Shown here one piece after another: positions 1 through 8,678 of a stretch of 64,000 nucleotides of DNA. How positions within the stretch are numbered: position 1 is the first letter of the stretch; each line of letters starts with the position of its first letter. The DNA is taken from the NCBI GenBank assembly GCA_900771085.1, contig CAAGMR010000016.1, positions 16,284 to 80,283 of the forward strand. Reading direction: 5' to 3'. The stretch comes from Clostridia bacterium. GTDB taxonomy: Bacteria; Bacillota; Clostridia; Oscillospirales; Acutalibacteraceae. The notes under the pieces were generated by a model, which was not told the origin of the DNA, searched no databases, and saw nothing but the letters and a program-made list of their open reading frames with translations. Both the position numbers and the translations under genes were made by a program.

Positions 1-2
1 GT

Positions 3-524
3 TCAAACTTCACAACTCCATGGGTATGGCTTTCATCCAATGACCTCGTAAGTAACATCACAGGCAAGAAGCTTGAGAATTCCGCATTTGAAATCGGTGG
101 CGGTAAGCCAAAGGTATTCGGTATTTCTCTTCCTCGTAAGCTTCTTGGCGGCTTCTATTATGAAGGCGATTGCTATGAGTTCAACTTCTCCAAGCTCTGG
201 ACTCTTTCACAGACCCAGTTCGAAGGCTATGAGACAGACGATGAAATCGTATGGCACGTAGACCAGAAGACAATTCATGGACGTCTTATTACAGACATCC
301 GCTGCAAGAAGGAAGACATGCTTCTCATCCAGTATGAGTCACCTGACGGAAAGCTTCGTCATCAGAGACTCTGGAACTGCGGATGCGGTTATGGTGATCT
401 TAAGCTCTACAAGAGAAAGCTCTTCGGCTTCAAACTCGTTGACGATGTTCATGCTGAACATATCGGCTGCGAATACGGCGAATACGATCATCCTGAACCA
501 TACGTACAGGGCAGAAAGAAATAA
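3..524 (+). CDS. 5'-truncated CDS (C-terminal 173 aa) of unknown function; contains Cys cluster WNCGCGYGD
   Basis: Open frame 3 from window edge to TAA at 522-524, followed by hairpin terminator; no recognisable family from memory. Confidence 0.45.
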   Translation, partial: SNFTTPWVWLSSNDLVSNITGKKLENSAFEIGGGKPKVFGISLPRKLLGGFYYEGDCYEFNFSKLWTLSQTQFEGYETDDEIVWHVDQKTIHGRLITDIRCKKEDMLLIQYESPDGKLRHQRLWNCGCGYGDLKLYKRKLFGFKLVDDVHAEHIGCEYGEYDHPEPYVQGRKK

Positions 525-532
525 AGACAAAA

Positions 533-570
533 TAAAAAAACCTCTTCGGAAACCCGAAGAGGTTTTTGCT
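533..570. terminator. Bidirectional rho-independent terminator (A-tract, CCTCTTCGG-AAAC-CCGAAGAGG hairpin, T-tract)
   Basis: Perfect 9-bp stem 541-549/554-562 flanked by A8 and T5, between convergent genes. Confidence 0.65.
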
Positions 571-575
571 TTGTA

Positions 576-2114
576 TTATATCTCTTGACCACTTGGCATT
601 TCAGGAGGTGTTCCGTTTTGCATTCCGGGACCATTACCTCTTTGAAAGTCTCCTTCGGGCTTTTCGGGTGTACCGCCATTACTGTCAGGCCTTCGTGGGA
701 ATGTTCCATTTCTATCTACATCGTCAGGAGGGGTCTGAGGATTATTTCCATCAGGTTTATCGAATGCATTGCGATTGCCCATGCTATTCTCTGCAACATT
801 GGTGACTGTACACTCCGTTTCAGCATCTCCAACTTTTAAGGTTACAGTATCCCCAATGGCAATATCCGGAGAACTTATAATGACGGAAGTAAATGAACAA
901 GGAATTTCTCTGCTGATGATTTCTTTTCCACTAGCGTCAAGTAAGCTTAATGTATCGTTTGCATTTCCTGAAACAGTTTGCATAATGAAACCTTGCGAAG
1001 AATCGCCGGCAGGCCCTTCTGCCATTTGGCTTGAACCACAAGCTATAACAGTGCCACCTGAAATTGTACACTTGCCACCATTTTCGCTGCCGTAATCAAT
1101 AGCATTATTTGTGCCTGTTCCCATAAGACTGATAAACAAATTGCCACCGGTAATAGTAATGCTTCCGTTTGAATCAATACCATCGGCATCTCTGCCGTTT
1201 TTGTTTATAACAGTAATATCTCCGCCGGAAATGGTAATTTGTGAAGCTTTTCCGGTACCGCTTGCATTAATTCCGTCATCGTTTGGCGTAATGTTTACAG
1301 TTCCTCCGGTTAAGGTGATGTCATTTGCTTCTATACCTTCGTAGCACTCGGTAATATTAATATTTCCGGACTCCAGGTAGAAAATTGCACTTTCATCGTC
1401 ATTTCCGGCATGTAAGCCATCATCACCTGCTGAAACAGAAAAATCAGAGTTACAGATCTTAATTGCATCATGTGCGTGGACGGCGTCTTTTTTTGCTGTA
1501 ATATTAATTTTTCCGCCCGTAAACACAAGACTGTCATTGCAAACGATTCCATGTAAACCGCTTGAATTTATTGAAAGAGCTCCGTTTCCGTTTACAGTCA
1601 GATCATCACGTGAAAAGATACAGCCGTCAATGTCTGAACTCTCGTCATTGTTTCCGAATGTCAGGGTATTTTGGCTATTCTCTTTTAGAGTTAAAAAGAC
1701 TTTATTAGCACTGTTGATATAAAGCGGAGCATCTGTTTGTGAAGTGATATCCACCCCGTCAAACAAAATCCATATTTTATCATCGCCATCGGCATCTATA
1801 TGAATTGAACCATTCAGAGTACCGTTGATTACGTATCTGCCGGCGCATGCAATATACAGTGTGTTGTTACTGAAAGTAGCACCGCTTCCTTTGATTTTTG
1901 CAGAATCACCATCTAATACTATGGTTGTTGCACCGGTCGTATCCCAGTTCGCGTTCAAATCATTATCGGTAAACATTGCGCTTGCACTTTCCTCTTCTTC
2001 CCGGTGAACAACTGTAATACCAAGTTTTTCGCCAAACATGAACAGTACTGTAATAGCAAGCAGGATAGAGATAGCGGCAATACAAATCTTATCAATATGT
2101 TTGCTTGTCGACAT
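576..2114 (-). CDS. N-terminally membrane-anchored secreted parallel beta-helix repeat protein (Cthe_2159-like 'carbohydrate-binding domain' family) with Pro/Gly/Asn-rich low-complexity C-terminal tail
   Basis: TM helix after MSTSKHIDK; many G/N/D/T-rich ~22-aa beta-helix-type repeats (TGGxINIT, GGTVNIT, GGDITVI, GGNLFIS); RBS AAGGTGA; gene order with DUF4956 and VTC. Confidence 0.55.
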   Translation of the reverse strand: MSTSKHIDKICIAAISILLAITVLFMFGEKLGITVVHREEEESASAMFTDNDLNANWDTTGATTIVLDGDSAKIKGSGATFSNNTLYIACAGRYVINGTLNGSIHIDADGDDKIWILFDGVDITSQTDAPLYINSANKVFLTLKENSQNTLTFGNNDESSDIDGCIFSRDDLTVNGNGALSINSSGLHGIVCNDSLVFTGGKINITAKKDAVHAHDAIKICNSDFSVSAGDDGLHAGNDDESAIFYLESGNINITECYEGIEANDITLTGGTVNITPNDDGINASGTGKASQITISGGDITVINKNGRDADGIDSNGSITITGGNLFISLMGTGTNNAIDYGSENGGKCTISGGTVIACGSSQMAEGPAGDSSQGFIMQTVSGNANDTLSLLDASGKEIISREIPCSFTSVIISSPDIAIGDTVTLKVGDAETECTVTNVAENSMGNRNAFDKPDGNNPQTPPDDVDRNGTFPRRPDSNGGTPEKPEGDFQRGNGPGMQNGTPPEMPSGQEI

Positions 2115-2126
2115 CGTTTATTCACC

Positions 2127-2798
2127 TTATCCCATATAATCGCCGTTGTAACTTACAAGTACGGCACTATTGACACCGTTCATAGCTGCCAGAGAGTTAA
2201 TGAAATCAGTGTTGTCGTCTTTCAGGCGAATTTCCATATTGAGTTCCACAAGACCGTTCTGAGCTGATTTTGACTTCACTACACATTTTTCAGTCTGAGT
2301 CTTTACATAGTTCATAGCCTGTTTTTCTGCTTCGTGATTGATACAGGAAAGAACAATAATATAAGGATTCTTATGAGTCTTACGGTTAACAAATATCAGC
2401 AGAATTAAGCCAATAAAGGCGCTGCCGAAAACTGCCAGAGGAATCATTCCGGCGGCAAGGATAATGCCGGCGGCAATGGACCAGAACAGGAATGCAATAT
2501 CAAGCGGTTCTTTGATTGCAGTACGGAAACGGACAATTGAAAGCGCACCGACCATACCGAGGGAAAGAACTACGTTTGAGGTTATAGCAAGGATAACTTG
2601 AGATGTTATCATTGTGAGAGCAATCAGCGTCACGCCGAAAGAGGACGCAAACATCACGCCCTGATAAGTTTTCTTATAAACAAAGAAAATGAACAGACCT
2701 ATGCCAAAGGCAAGAAGAAGGGTCAGTATCATATCAAGCGGGCTGACGGATGTTACGTTCTCAAGAAATCCGGATTTGAAAATATCGCTAAATGTCAT
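2127..2798 (-). CDS. DUF4956 domain-containing integral membrane protein
   Basis: Polytopic membrane N-half plus soluble C-half; typical partner of VTC-domain proteins; RBS AAGGAG. Confidence 0.6.
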   Translation of the reverse strand: MTFSDIFKSGFLENVTSVSPLDMILTLLLAFGIGLFIFFVYKKTYQGVMFASSFGVTLIALTMITSQVILAITSNVVLSLGMVGALSIVRFRTAIKEPLDIAFLFWSIAAGIILAAGMIPLAVFGSAFIGLILLIFVNRKTHKNPYIIVLSCINHEAEKQAMNYVKTQTEKCVVKSKSAQNGLVELNMEIRLKDDNTDFINSLAAMNGVNSAVLVSYNGDYMG

Positions 2799-2817
2799 TA
2801 ATTATTACTCCTTTTTG

Positions 2818-3489
2818 TTAGCCGTAAACACGGCACTGTGCATATTTTGAAAAAGCGCTGACGTGACGTCCCGGGATAGAAACGGCGTCTTTTATAATAT
2901 CCGGCAGATACTCATCCCATTTGACTTCCAGAATGACGGGAGCATTTCCTGCGGGAAGAGTGATGGTCGCCGGGTTAAGAAAATCTGTTCGGAAAACCCC
3001 GGTTCGGATATTATAATCGATGGTAACGCGCACGTTGCCGGGGCCAAAAACAAATGGCTCGCGGGTGTAATCGACGATAGTTTTCGGCTTGAGTCCTTGC
3101 GAAATCATCTTGGAATACAGTTCCAGGCACAATGGCTTATCGCTTTCCATCATCCAGCTCACATCACCATCAACTATTTTCTGAGCTTCTTCTTTTGTAA
3201 TCGGACAGCTTTCTTTGGCACATAGACCGTTTATCTTGCTTTTCTTCTCCAGGACGATAAACGATGTATCTCCGTTGTAATACCGGATGCGATATTTTTC
3301 GCGGATGTTGACTCCGTCGATTTTTTCACGCAGGGCCTTATCGGAAAGATTGTCAAAATAAAGGCTCCTTATCTGATACGTACCGTTTAATGAATGCCTG
3401 TCCCGTTTCATAACAGCAGCAAGCCGCATGCGAAGTACCAGCATATCGGCATAGTTTATTTCATGTTTCCACTCATGACGATATTTCAT
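2818..3489 (-). CDS. VTC domain-containing protein (polyphosphate polymerase-like, CYTH/triphosphate-tunnel fold)
   Basis: MKYRHEWKHEI... start, Arg/Lys/Tyr-rich tunnel motifs (REKYRIRYY, EVKWDE); RBS AAAGGAGA. Confidence 0.6.
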   Translation of the reverse strand: MKYRHEWKHEINYADMLVLRMRLAAVMKRDRHSLNGTYQIRSLYFDNLSDKALREKIDGVNIREKYRIRYYNGDTSFIVLEKKSKINGLCAKESCPITKEEAQKIVDGDVSWMMESDKPLCLELYSKMISQGLKPKTIVDYTREPFVFGPGNVRVTIDYNIRTGVFRTDFLNPATITLPAGNAPVILEVKWDEYLPDIIKDAVSIPGRHVSAFSKYAQCRVYG

Positions 3490-3730
3490 TTTTTTCTCCT
3501 TTCCAATGGAGGTTCTGCGTAAAGGCCAGATTCCATTTGAAATTTGCCTTTGGAATGAAAGGCTTTTGAAGCAAGTATAAAGACGTCTGCTGAATCAACG
3601 CTGAAAGATTTGATAAAAATGAAGTTTTTTAAAAAGCGTTTAATTACCGTTTTCAGCATTATTTCAGCTTTTTGCCTGTAGTATAATAAATGCGACATAC
3701 AATAGAAAAATCCGTGAATCGGAGGATTTT

Positions 3731-4408
3731 ATGAAGATATTAATAATTGAAGATGAAAAGTTGTTGGCTGACTCCATCAGAATGCTTCTTACACGTAAAG
3801 GCTTTGAGGTTGAATGCGTTTACGACGGGAAAACAGGAGCCGAGTATGCCGAGCTCGGGGTATATGATCTGCTGATTTTAGATGTAATGATGCCAGAAAT
3901 GGACGGATATCAGGTGGCTCGGGAAGTTCGGTCTAAACGCTGTTCAACACCGATTCTGATGCTGACTGCAAAATCCGGACTGGAAGATCGGATTACCGGA
4001 CTGAATTCCGGCGCTGACTACTATTTGACCAAACCTTTTGATACAAGAGAACTGCTTGCATGCATCAACGCTCTGCTCCGCCGTCAAGGTGGACAGGTAG
4101 ATGAAATGACCTTTGGAAACACTACTCTTGATCTGTCTACCAGCATTCTGGCCTGTGGAGAAAACAGTGTTCGCCTGAGTGACCGTGAATTTGATATGAT
4201 GCGTTTCCTGATGCAATCACGGGAACGCAATATTTCCAAGGAAGTCCTACTTGTTCGAATCTGGGGCTTTGAATCAAACGCGACGGAAAACCATGTGGAA
4301 GTATATGTAGGATTTCTGCGAAAGAAGCTTCGCAGAATAGGGTCCAATATCCGCATTGAAGCAATTCGTCGGCAGGGTTATCATCTGGAGGTGGATGAAT
4401 CATGCTGA
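3731..4408 (+). CDS. OmpR-family response regulator
   Basis: Receiver domain (DD...D57 context LLILDVMMPEMDG, K at LTAKS) plus winged-helix C-term (GYHLE); RBS GGAGG. Confidence 0.9.
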   Translation: MKILIIEDEKLLADSIRMLLTRKGFEVECVYDGKTGAEYAELGVYDLLILDVMMPEMDGYQVAREVRSKRCSTPILMLTAKSGLEDRITGLNSGADYYLTKPFDTRELLACINALLRRQGGQVDEMTFGNTTLDLSTSILACGENSVRLSDREFDMMRFLMQSRERNISKEVLLVRIWGFESNATENHVEVYVGFLRKKLRRIGSNIRIEAIRRQGYHLEVDESC

Positions 4409-5613
4409 AAAAACTTAGATTGAAGTTTATACTGATCAACATGATTATTGTCACCATCATCATGAGTGTGATTTTCAGCCTGTTATATTTTTCCTCCAGT
4501 CGAAATCTTGAATGGGAAAGCACACAAACGATGGAAAAACTCATTGTCAGGCCGATAAACACAGATTTACCGAAGCAGCAATCTAACGATATTCGTCTTC
4601 CATACCTAAGAGTGTCGATGAATCAAAAAGGTGAGATAATCGAAGCAGACAGCAATTTTTTTGATTTATCAGATCAAGACCGACTTATGTCAATTCTTGC
4701 TTTGGTAGACGACTCAAAGTCTGAAAGAGGAGTGTTGCATGATTATAAATTGCGATATCTTCGTTCGGAAACACCTAGGGAAGTGCGCGTTGTACTCGCT
4801 GATATGTCCAGTGAACAGTCGATGCTACACAATCTGATTCGAACTTTTTTAATTATTGGCAGCGCAGCCTTCCTGCTTTTCCTGGTTATAAGTGTGTTCC
4901 TGGCACGATGGGCAGTAAAACCTGTTGAATCTGCATGGCAAAAGCAAAAACAGTTCGTGGCAGATGCTTCGCACGAGCTGAAAACACCGCTGACAGTTAT
5001 CATGACAGACGCAGAACTTCTTCACTCGCCGGACTGCCTGGAAGGGGATAGAGAATTGCTGACGGAAAGCATTCTTACAATGTCCTCACAGATGCGAGGT
5101 CTGGTGGAAAATCTTCTTGACCTTGCGAGAATTGATAATGGTAGTGCAAAAGAAGATTTCAGTGTCGTTTCTTTTAGCGATATCGTGTCTGATGTCACAA
5201 TGACGATGGAGCCCGTCTTTTTTGAAAAGGAATTGCCTTTGCGGTATGAGATTGAGCCGGACATTAGAATAAATGGCATACCGGCACATCTTAACCAGCT
5301 GGTTTGTATTTTTATGGATAACGCCGGGAAGTACGTATCTCCCGGAGGAGAAACAGTTGTGGGACTCAGTCGCTGTGCTCATAAGCGATGCCGGCTGGTA
5401 GTATCGAATCAGGGGAATCCAATCAGCGATGAGGATATAAAAAATATTTTCAAACGATTCTATCGGGCTGATAAAGCCAGAACAATGAATCATAGCTATG
5501 GCCTTGGTCTTTCTATCGCTCAGAATATAGCAGAGGAACATCGTGGAAAAATCTGGGCAAAAAGCGAGGGCGGCTATAACAGCTTTTTTGTAGAATTACC
5601 ATGTCTTGAATAA
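4402..5613 (+). CDS. Sensor histidine kinase (2 TM, HisKA + HATPase_c)
   Basis: H-box ADASHELKTPLT, N/G boxes (MDNAGKY, GLGLSIA); overlaps RR stop (ATGA coupling). Confidence 0.9.
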   Translation: MLKKLRLKFILINMIIVTIIMSVIFSLLYFSSSRNLEWESTQTMEKLIVRPINTDLPKQQSNDIRLPYLRVSMNQKGEIIEADSNFFDLSDQDRLMSILALVDDSKSERGVLHDYKLRYLRSETPREVRVVLADMSSEQSMLHNLIRTFLIIGSAAFLLFLVISVFLARWAVKPVESAWQKQKQFVADASHELKTPLTVIMTDAELLHSPDCLEGDRELLTESILTMSSQMRGLVENLLDLARIDNGSAKEDFSVVSFSDIVSDVTMTMEPVFFEKELPLRYEIEPDIRINGIPAHLNQLVCIFMDNAGKYVSPGGETVVGLSRCAHKRCRLVVSNQGNPISDEDIKNIFKRFYRADKARTMNHSYGLGLSIAQNIAEEHRGKIWAKSEGGYNSFFVELPCLE

Positions 5614-5657
5614 TGCTTTCCTGGAAAGCAGTCTGATAACACCACGGAAAAACGAAA

Positions 5658-5716
5658 ATCACCCCATCCCGGACAATGCTCCGAGATGGGGTGATTTATG
5701 ATAGTGTTTTGGAAAA
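5658..5716 (+). terminator. Rho-independent terminator after histidine kinase
   Basis: TCACCCCATC...GATGGGGTGA hairpin followed by T-rich tract. Confidence 0.5.
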
Positions 5717-5752
5717 GAAAAAAGGTAGTAGACTTTTTTAAAGTCTACTACC
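5712..5752 (-). terminator. Rho-independent terminator downstream of tRNA-Pro (minus strand)
   Basis: GGTAGTAGACTTT/AAAGTCTACTACC 13-bp stem; on minus strand followed by T-tract (A-tract 5712-5723 on plus). Confidence 0.55.
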
Positions 5753-5755
5753 TTA

Positions 5756-5832
5756 TGGTCGAGGTGAAGGGACTCGAACCCCCGGCCCTCTGGTCCCAAA
5801 CCAGATGCGCTACCAAACTGCGCTACACCTCG
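5756..5832 (-). tRNA. tRNA-Pro (anticodon UGG), CCA encoded
   Basis: Reverse complement CGAGGTGTAGCGCAGTTTGGTAGCGCATCTGGTTTGGGACCAGAGGGCCGGGGGTTCGAGTCCCTTCACCTCGACCA folds as cloverleaf; anticodon loop TTTGGGA. Confidence 0.85.
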
Positions 5833-5952
5833 ATATGCTTGTCATCCAAGCGCTTATGTATTATAACAACTGATATTCTAACTGTCAACGCTTTTATACA
5901 AGTTTTTTCACGTGTCTTTATGCTATAATACATATAGATTTCTTCACGGGGT

Positions 5953-7467
5953 GTGAACATATATATGGCAATAAAGGAACGTGCGTCGGGAGTCCTGATG
6001 CATATAACATCTCTTCCATCTGAGTACGGCATAGGCACTTTGGGAAAAGAGGCAATAAAATTTGCTGATTTCCTCTCTAAAGCCGGTCAGAAGTACTGGC
6101 AGGTTCTGCCACTCGGTCCGACCGGTCTTGGCAACAGCCCGTACTCATCTTTTTCGACTTTTGCCGGAAACAATCTCCTCATAGACATTGAAATGCTTAT
6201 TGAGGATGGCGTGGTTTCAAAGGCTTTTGTCGACGCTCTGCCATGGGGCGATGATCCTGAAAAAGTTGATTTTGAAACAGTAAGAGCTTCAAAGGACAAG
6301 GTGCTTCTTGAGGCTTTCAAAAACGGATATGAAAAAGAGAAGAGCGATGTAGAAGCTTTTAAAAATGCCAATGCGTGGCTTAAAAACTACGCATTGTTCA
6401 TGACGGCGCGCGAGCTGAGCGACGGCGCCGCATGGACCGAATGGGACGAGCCGCTGCGTCGCCGCGATCCCGAGGCGCTGCGCGGGCTCGAAGAGGAATA
6501 TGGCGAGAAGGTAAATTACTATACTTACGTTCAGTACATTTTTTTCAGACAGTGGGCAAAGTTCAAGGCTCACGTCGAAGAGCTGGGAATAAAGATTATC
6601 GGTGACATGCCGATGTATGTTGCAATGGACTCGGCGGACACCTGGTGCGAACCGCAGTTTTTCCAGATGGATGACGACTTTGTACCGTCACATGTTGCAG
6701 GAGTACCGCCTGATTATTTCTCGGAAGAGGGCCAGCTCTGGGGCAACCCTCTTTATGACTGGGATGCAATGAAAAATGACGGATATGGCTGGTGGATTCG
6801 TCGCGTTGAAGGTGCAGTCCGCATGTTCGACGTAATCCGAATCGACCATTTCAGAGCGTTTGCAAGCTACTGGTCAGTTCCGGCAGATGCCGAAACAGCG
6901 AAGACAGGTGAGTGGGTTAAAGGACCGGGTATGGACCTTCTTGGAGTCCTCAAAAACTGGTTCTATGGAACAGAATATATTGCCGAAGACCTTGGAATTC
7001 TCACTCCGGATGTAAACGAACTGCTCGAGATAAGCGAACTTCCGGGTATGAATATACTGGAATTCGCTTTCACTGAAGATGCATCTTCAAAATACATGCC
7101 ACACAGAATAACAGAAAATGCGATCTGCTACACCGGCACGCATGATAACGATACCGTTTTGGGATGGTGGCTCGATGAGACCGTAGCAAGAGAAGACAGA
7201 ACGGTAGCCGCTCTTTACCTCGGATTAAACGAGGACGAAAAGGACGCAATGCTTATAAGCAGAGCATTTATCAGAGCGGGCTTGGGAACTAAAGCCGTCC
7301 TCGCAATCGCTCAGATGCAGGACTGGCTCGCGCTTGACACAAGCGCTCGCATGAATGTTCCCGGAGTTGCACTCGGGAACTGGTCCTGGCGTATGAAGCA
7401 GGGTGCAGCTGACGATGCACTTGCCGATGAGATGCACGAGTACACCGCAATATTCTCAAGACTATAA
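5953..7467 (+). CDS. malQ: 4-alpha-glucanotransferase (amylomaltase, GH77)
   Basis: RASGVLMHITSLPS N-terminus, GH77 motifs (RIDHFRAF, GDMPMYV); start may be the second Met at 5965. Confidence 0.85.
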   Translation: MNIYMAIKERASGVLMHITSLPSEYGIGTLGKEAIKFADFLSKAGQKYWQVLPLGPTGLGNSPYSSFSTFAGNNLLIDIEMLIEDGVVSKAFVDALPWGDDPEKVDFETVRASKDKVLLEAFKNGYEKEKSDVEAFKNANAWLKNYALFMTARELSDGAAWTEWDEPLRRRDPEALRGLEEEYGEKVNYYTYVQYIFFRQWAKFKAHVEELGIKIIGDMPMYVAMDSADTWCEPQFFQMDDDFVPSHVAGVPPDYFSEEGQLWGNPLYDWDAMKNDGYGWWIRRVEGAVRMFDVIRIDHFRAFASYWSVPADAETAKTGEWVKGPGMDLLGVLKNWFYGTEYIAEDLGILTPDVNELLEISELPGMNILEFAFTEDASSKYMPHRITENAICYTGTHDNDTVLGWWLDETVAREDRTVAALYLGLNEDEKDAMLISRAFIRAGLGTKAVLAIAQMQDWLALDTSARMNVPGVALGNWSWRMKQGAADDALADEMHEYTAIFSRL

Positions 7468-7504
7468 TTAAGGGCGACTGACCTCGCCCGAGGAGGAATA
7501 GAAT

Positions 7505-8455
7505 ATGTTTAAGGAATTAAAAGCGAAAGTTTCGCCGGGCTTCCTTGTGTTCAGAGCTGTTGATATCGTTCTGGACGGAGCCCAGAACGAGCAGCCTATG
7601 CTCTATGATGACAACGGGGAAATAGAAGTTATCAGAGACATATGCTATACCGACAGAAAAGAATGGAAGAAATACTGCGCAATTGACATCTATCGCAAGG
7701 CATGCGACGGACCTCAGCCGGTACTCTTCTACATCCATGGTGGCGGATTTGATGCCGGCGGAAAGAAATACCGCCGCGGAATGGCAACCTGGATGGCGAA
7801 GACAGGCATCTGCGTTGTAAACGTGGAATACGGACTGTCTCCGCTCTTCAGCTTCAAAGAGAGTCTTCAGATGCTTGCCGAGGGTATGAACTGGGTGGCA
7901 GACAATGCCGAAAAGTATGGCTTCAACCTTGATCGTGTCATGGTTGGCGGAGACTCATCCGGCGGATACATGGCGCTCGGCTGTGTGAACCTTACAAACA
8001 ATGAGGAATACCGAAAAGCAATCGGTGCCGAACCTGTCCGCCTGAAATTCGCAGGCTCGTACATGAACTGTGGTATTTTCGACCTGCACAAGATGCTTCA
8101 CACACCGGTTATCGGACTGGTTGCAGGCATTCTTTCCAAAGACACAATGGGCGCATGGAAACGTCAGTTTGACGACCATCCGGACCGTGAACTCTGCAGC
8201 CCGATTAACTACGTGACAGCAGACTTCCCAAAGGAAGCCTTCTTCTCATATGCGAAGTATGATGCTTTATGCTTCGGACAGACCCAGAATCTTCTTAAGA
8301 AACTGGATGAATACGGCTGTGCATATGATGAATATCACAGCACAAACCCTCTTCAGAATCACTGCTTTATGTTCAACTGGGCACAGAAAGGTCAGTGCGC
8401 AGAGAACAATGAGAAGGTTTACAGATTCATTGAATCTTTCGTTGGAAAATCATAA
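7505..8455 (+). CDS. Alpha/beta hydrolase fold-3 esterase/lipase
   Basis: HGGGF oxyanion motif and GDSSGG nucleophile elbow; RBS GAGGAGG. Confidence 0.75.
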   Translation: MFKELKAKVSPGFLVFRAVDIVLDGAQNEQPMLYDDNGEIEVIRDICYTDRKEWKKYCAIDIYRKACDGPQPVLFYIHGGGFDAGGKKYRRGMATWMAKTGICVVNVEYGLSPLFSFKESLQMLAEGMNWVADNAEKYGFNLDRVMVGGDSSGGYMALGCVNLTNNEEYRKAIGAEPVRLKFAGSYMNCGIFDLHKMLHTPVIGLVAGILSKDTMGAWKRQFDDHPDRELCSPINYVTADFPKEAFFSYAKYDALCFGQTQNLLKKLDEYGCAYDEYHSTNPLQNHCFMFNWAQKGQCAENNEKVYRFIESFVGKS

Positions 8456-8462
8456 ATTTTTC

Positions 8463-8504
8463 AGACCACGAGTTGCATAAAACAACTCGTGGTTTATTCA
8501 TTTT
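8463..8504 (+). terminator. Rho-independent terminator after esterase
   Basis: ACCACGAGTTG-cataaaa-CAACTCGTGGT hairpin + T-tract. Confidence 0.55.
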
Positions 8505-8609
8505 AAGCCATTTGTTTAGATATTGATAAAAAATAGTCAATCTTATCAGGACATTGTCAAGCCTTTTTAGTTATTGTACATAAATTGGCTTTTTGCCTGT
8601 TTTAGTCAA

Positions 8610-8638
8610 TTGATAGATGGCAGTGTTTATGGTATAAT
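8610..8638 (+). promoter_or_regulatory. Near-consensus sigma-A promoter for ppdK (TTGATA-17 nt-TGgTATAAT extended -10)
   Basis: -35 TTGATA 8610-8615, 17-nt spacer, TATAAT 8633-8638 with upstream TG. Confidence 0.55.
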
Positions 8639-8678
8639 ATCGCGCGTATCCAAATACATTTTATTCGGAGGTAAAAAC

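Noticed and set aside
4137-4562. 141-aa antisense ORF across the RR/HK junction
   Set aside because: Opposite to two well-supported overlapping TCS genes; no start signals.
8574-8678. Upstream extension of ppdK (915-aa version)
   Set aside because: The extension would include the promoter -10 element and lacks an RBS; canonical PPDK N-terminus and GGAGGT RBS support 8679.
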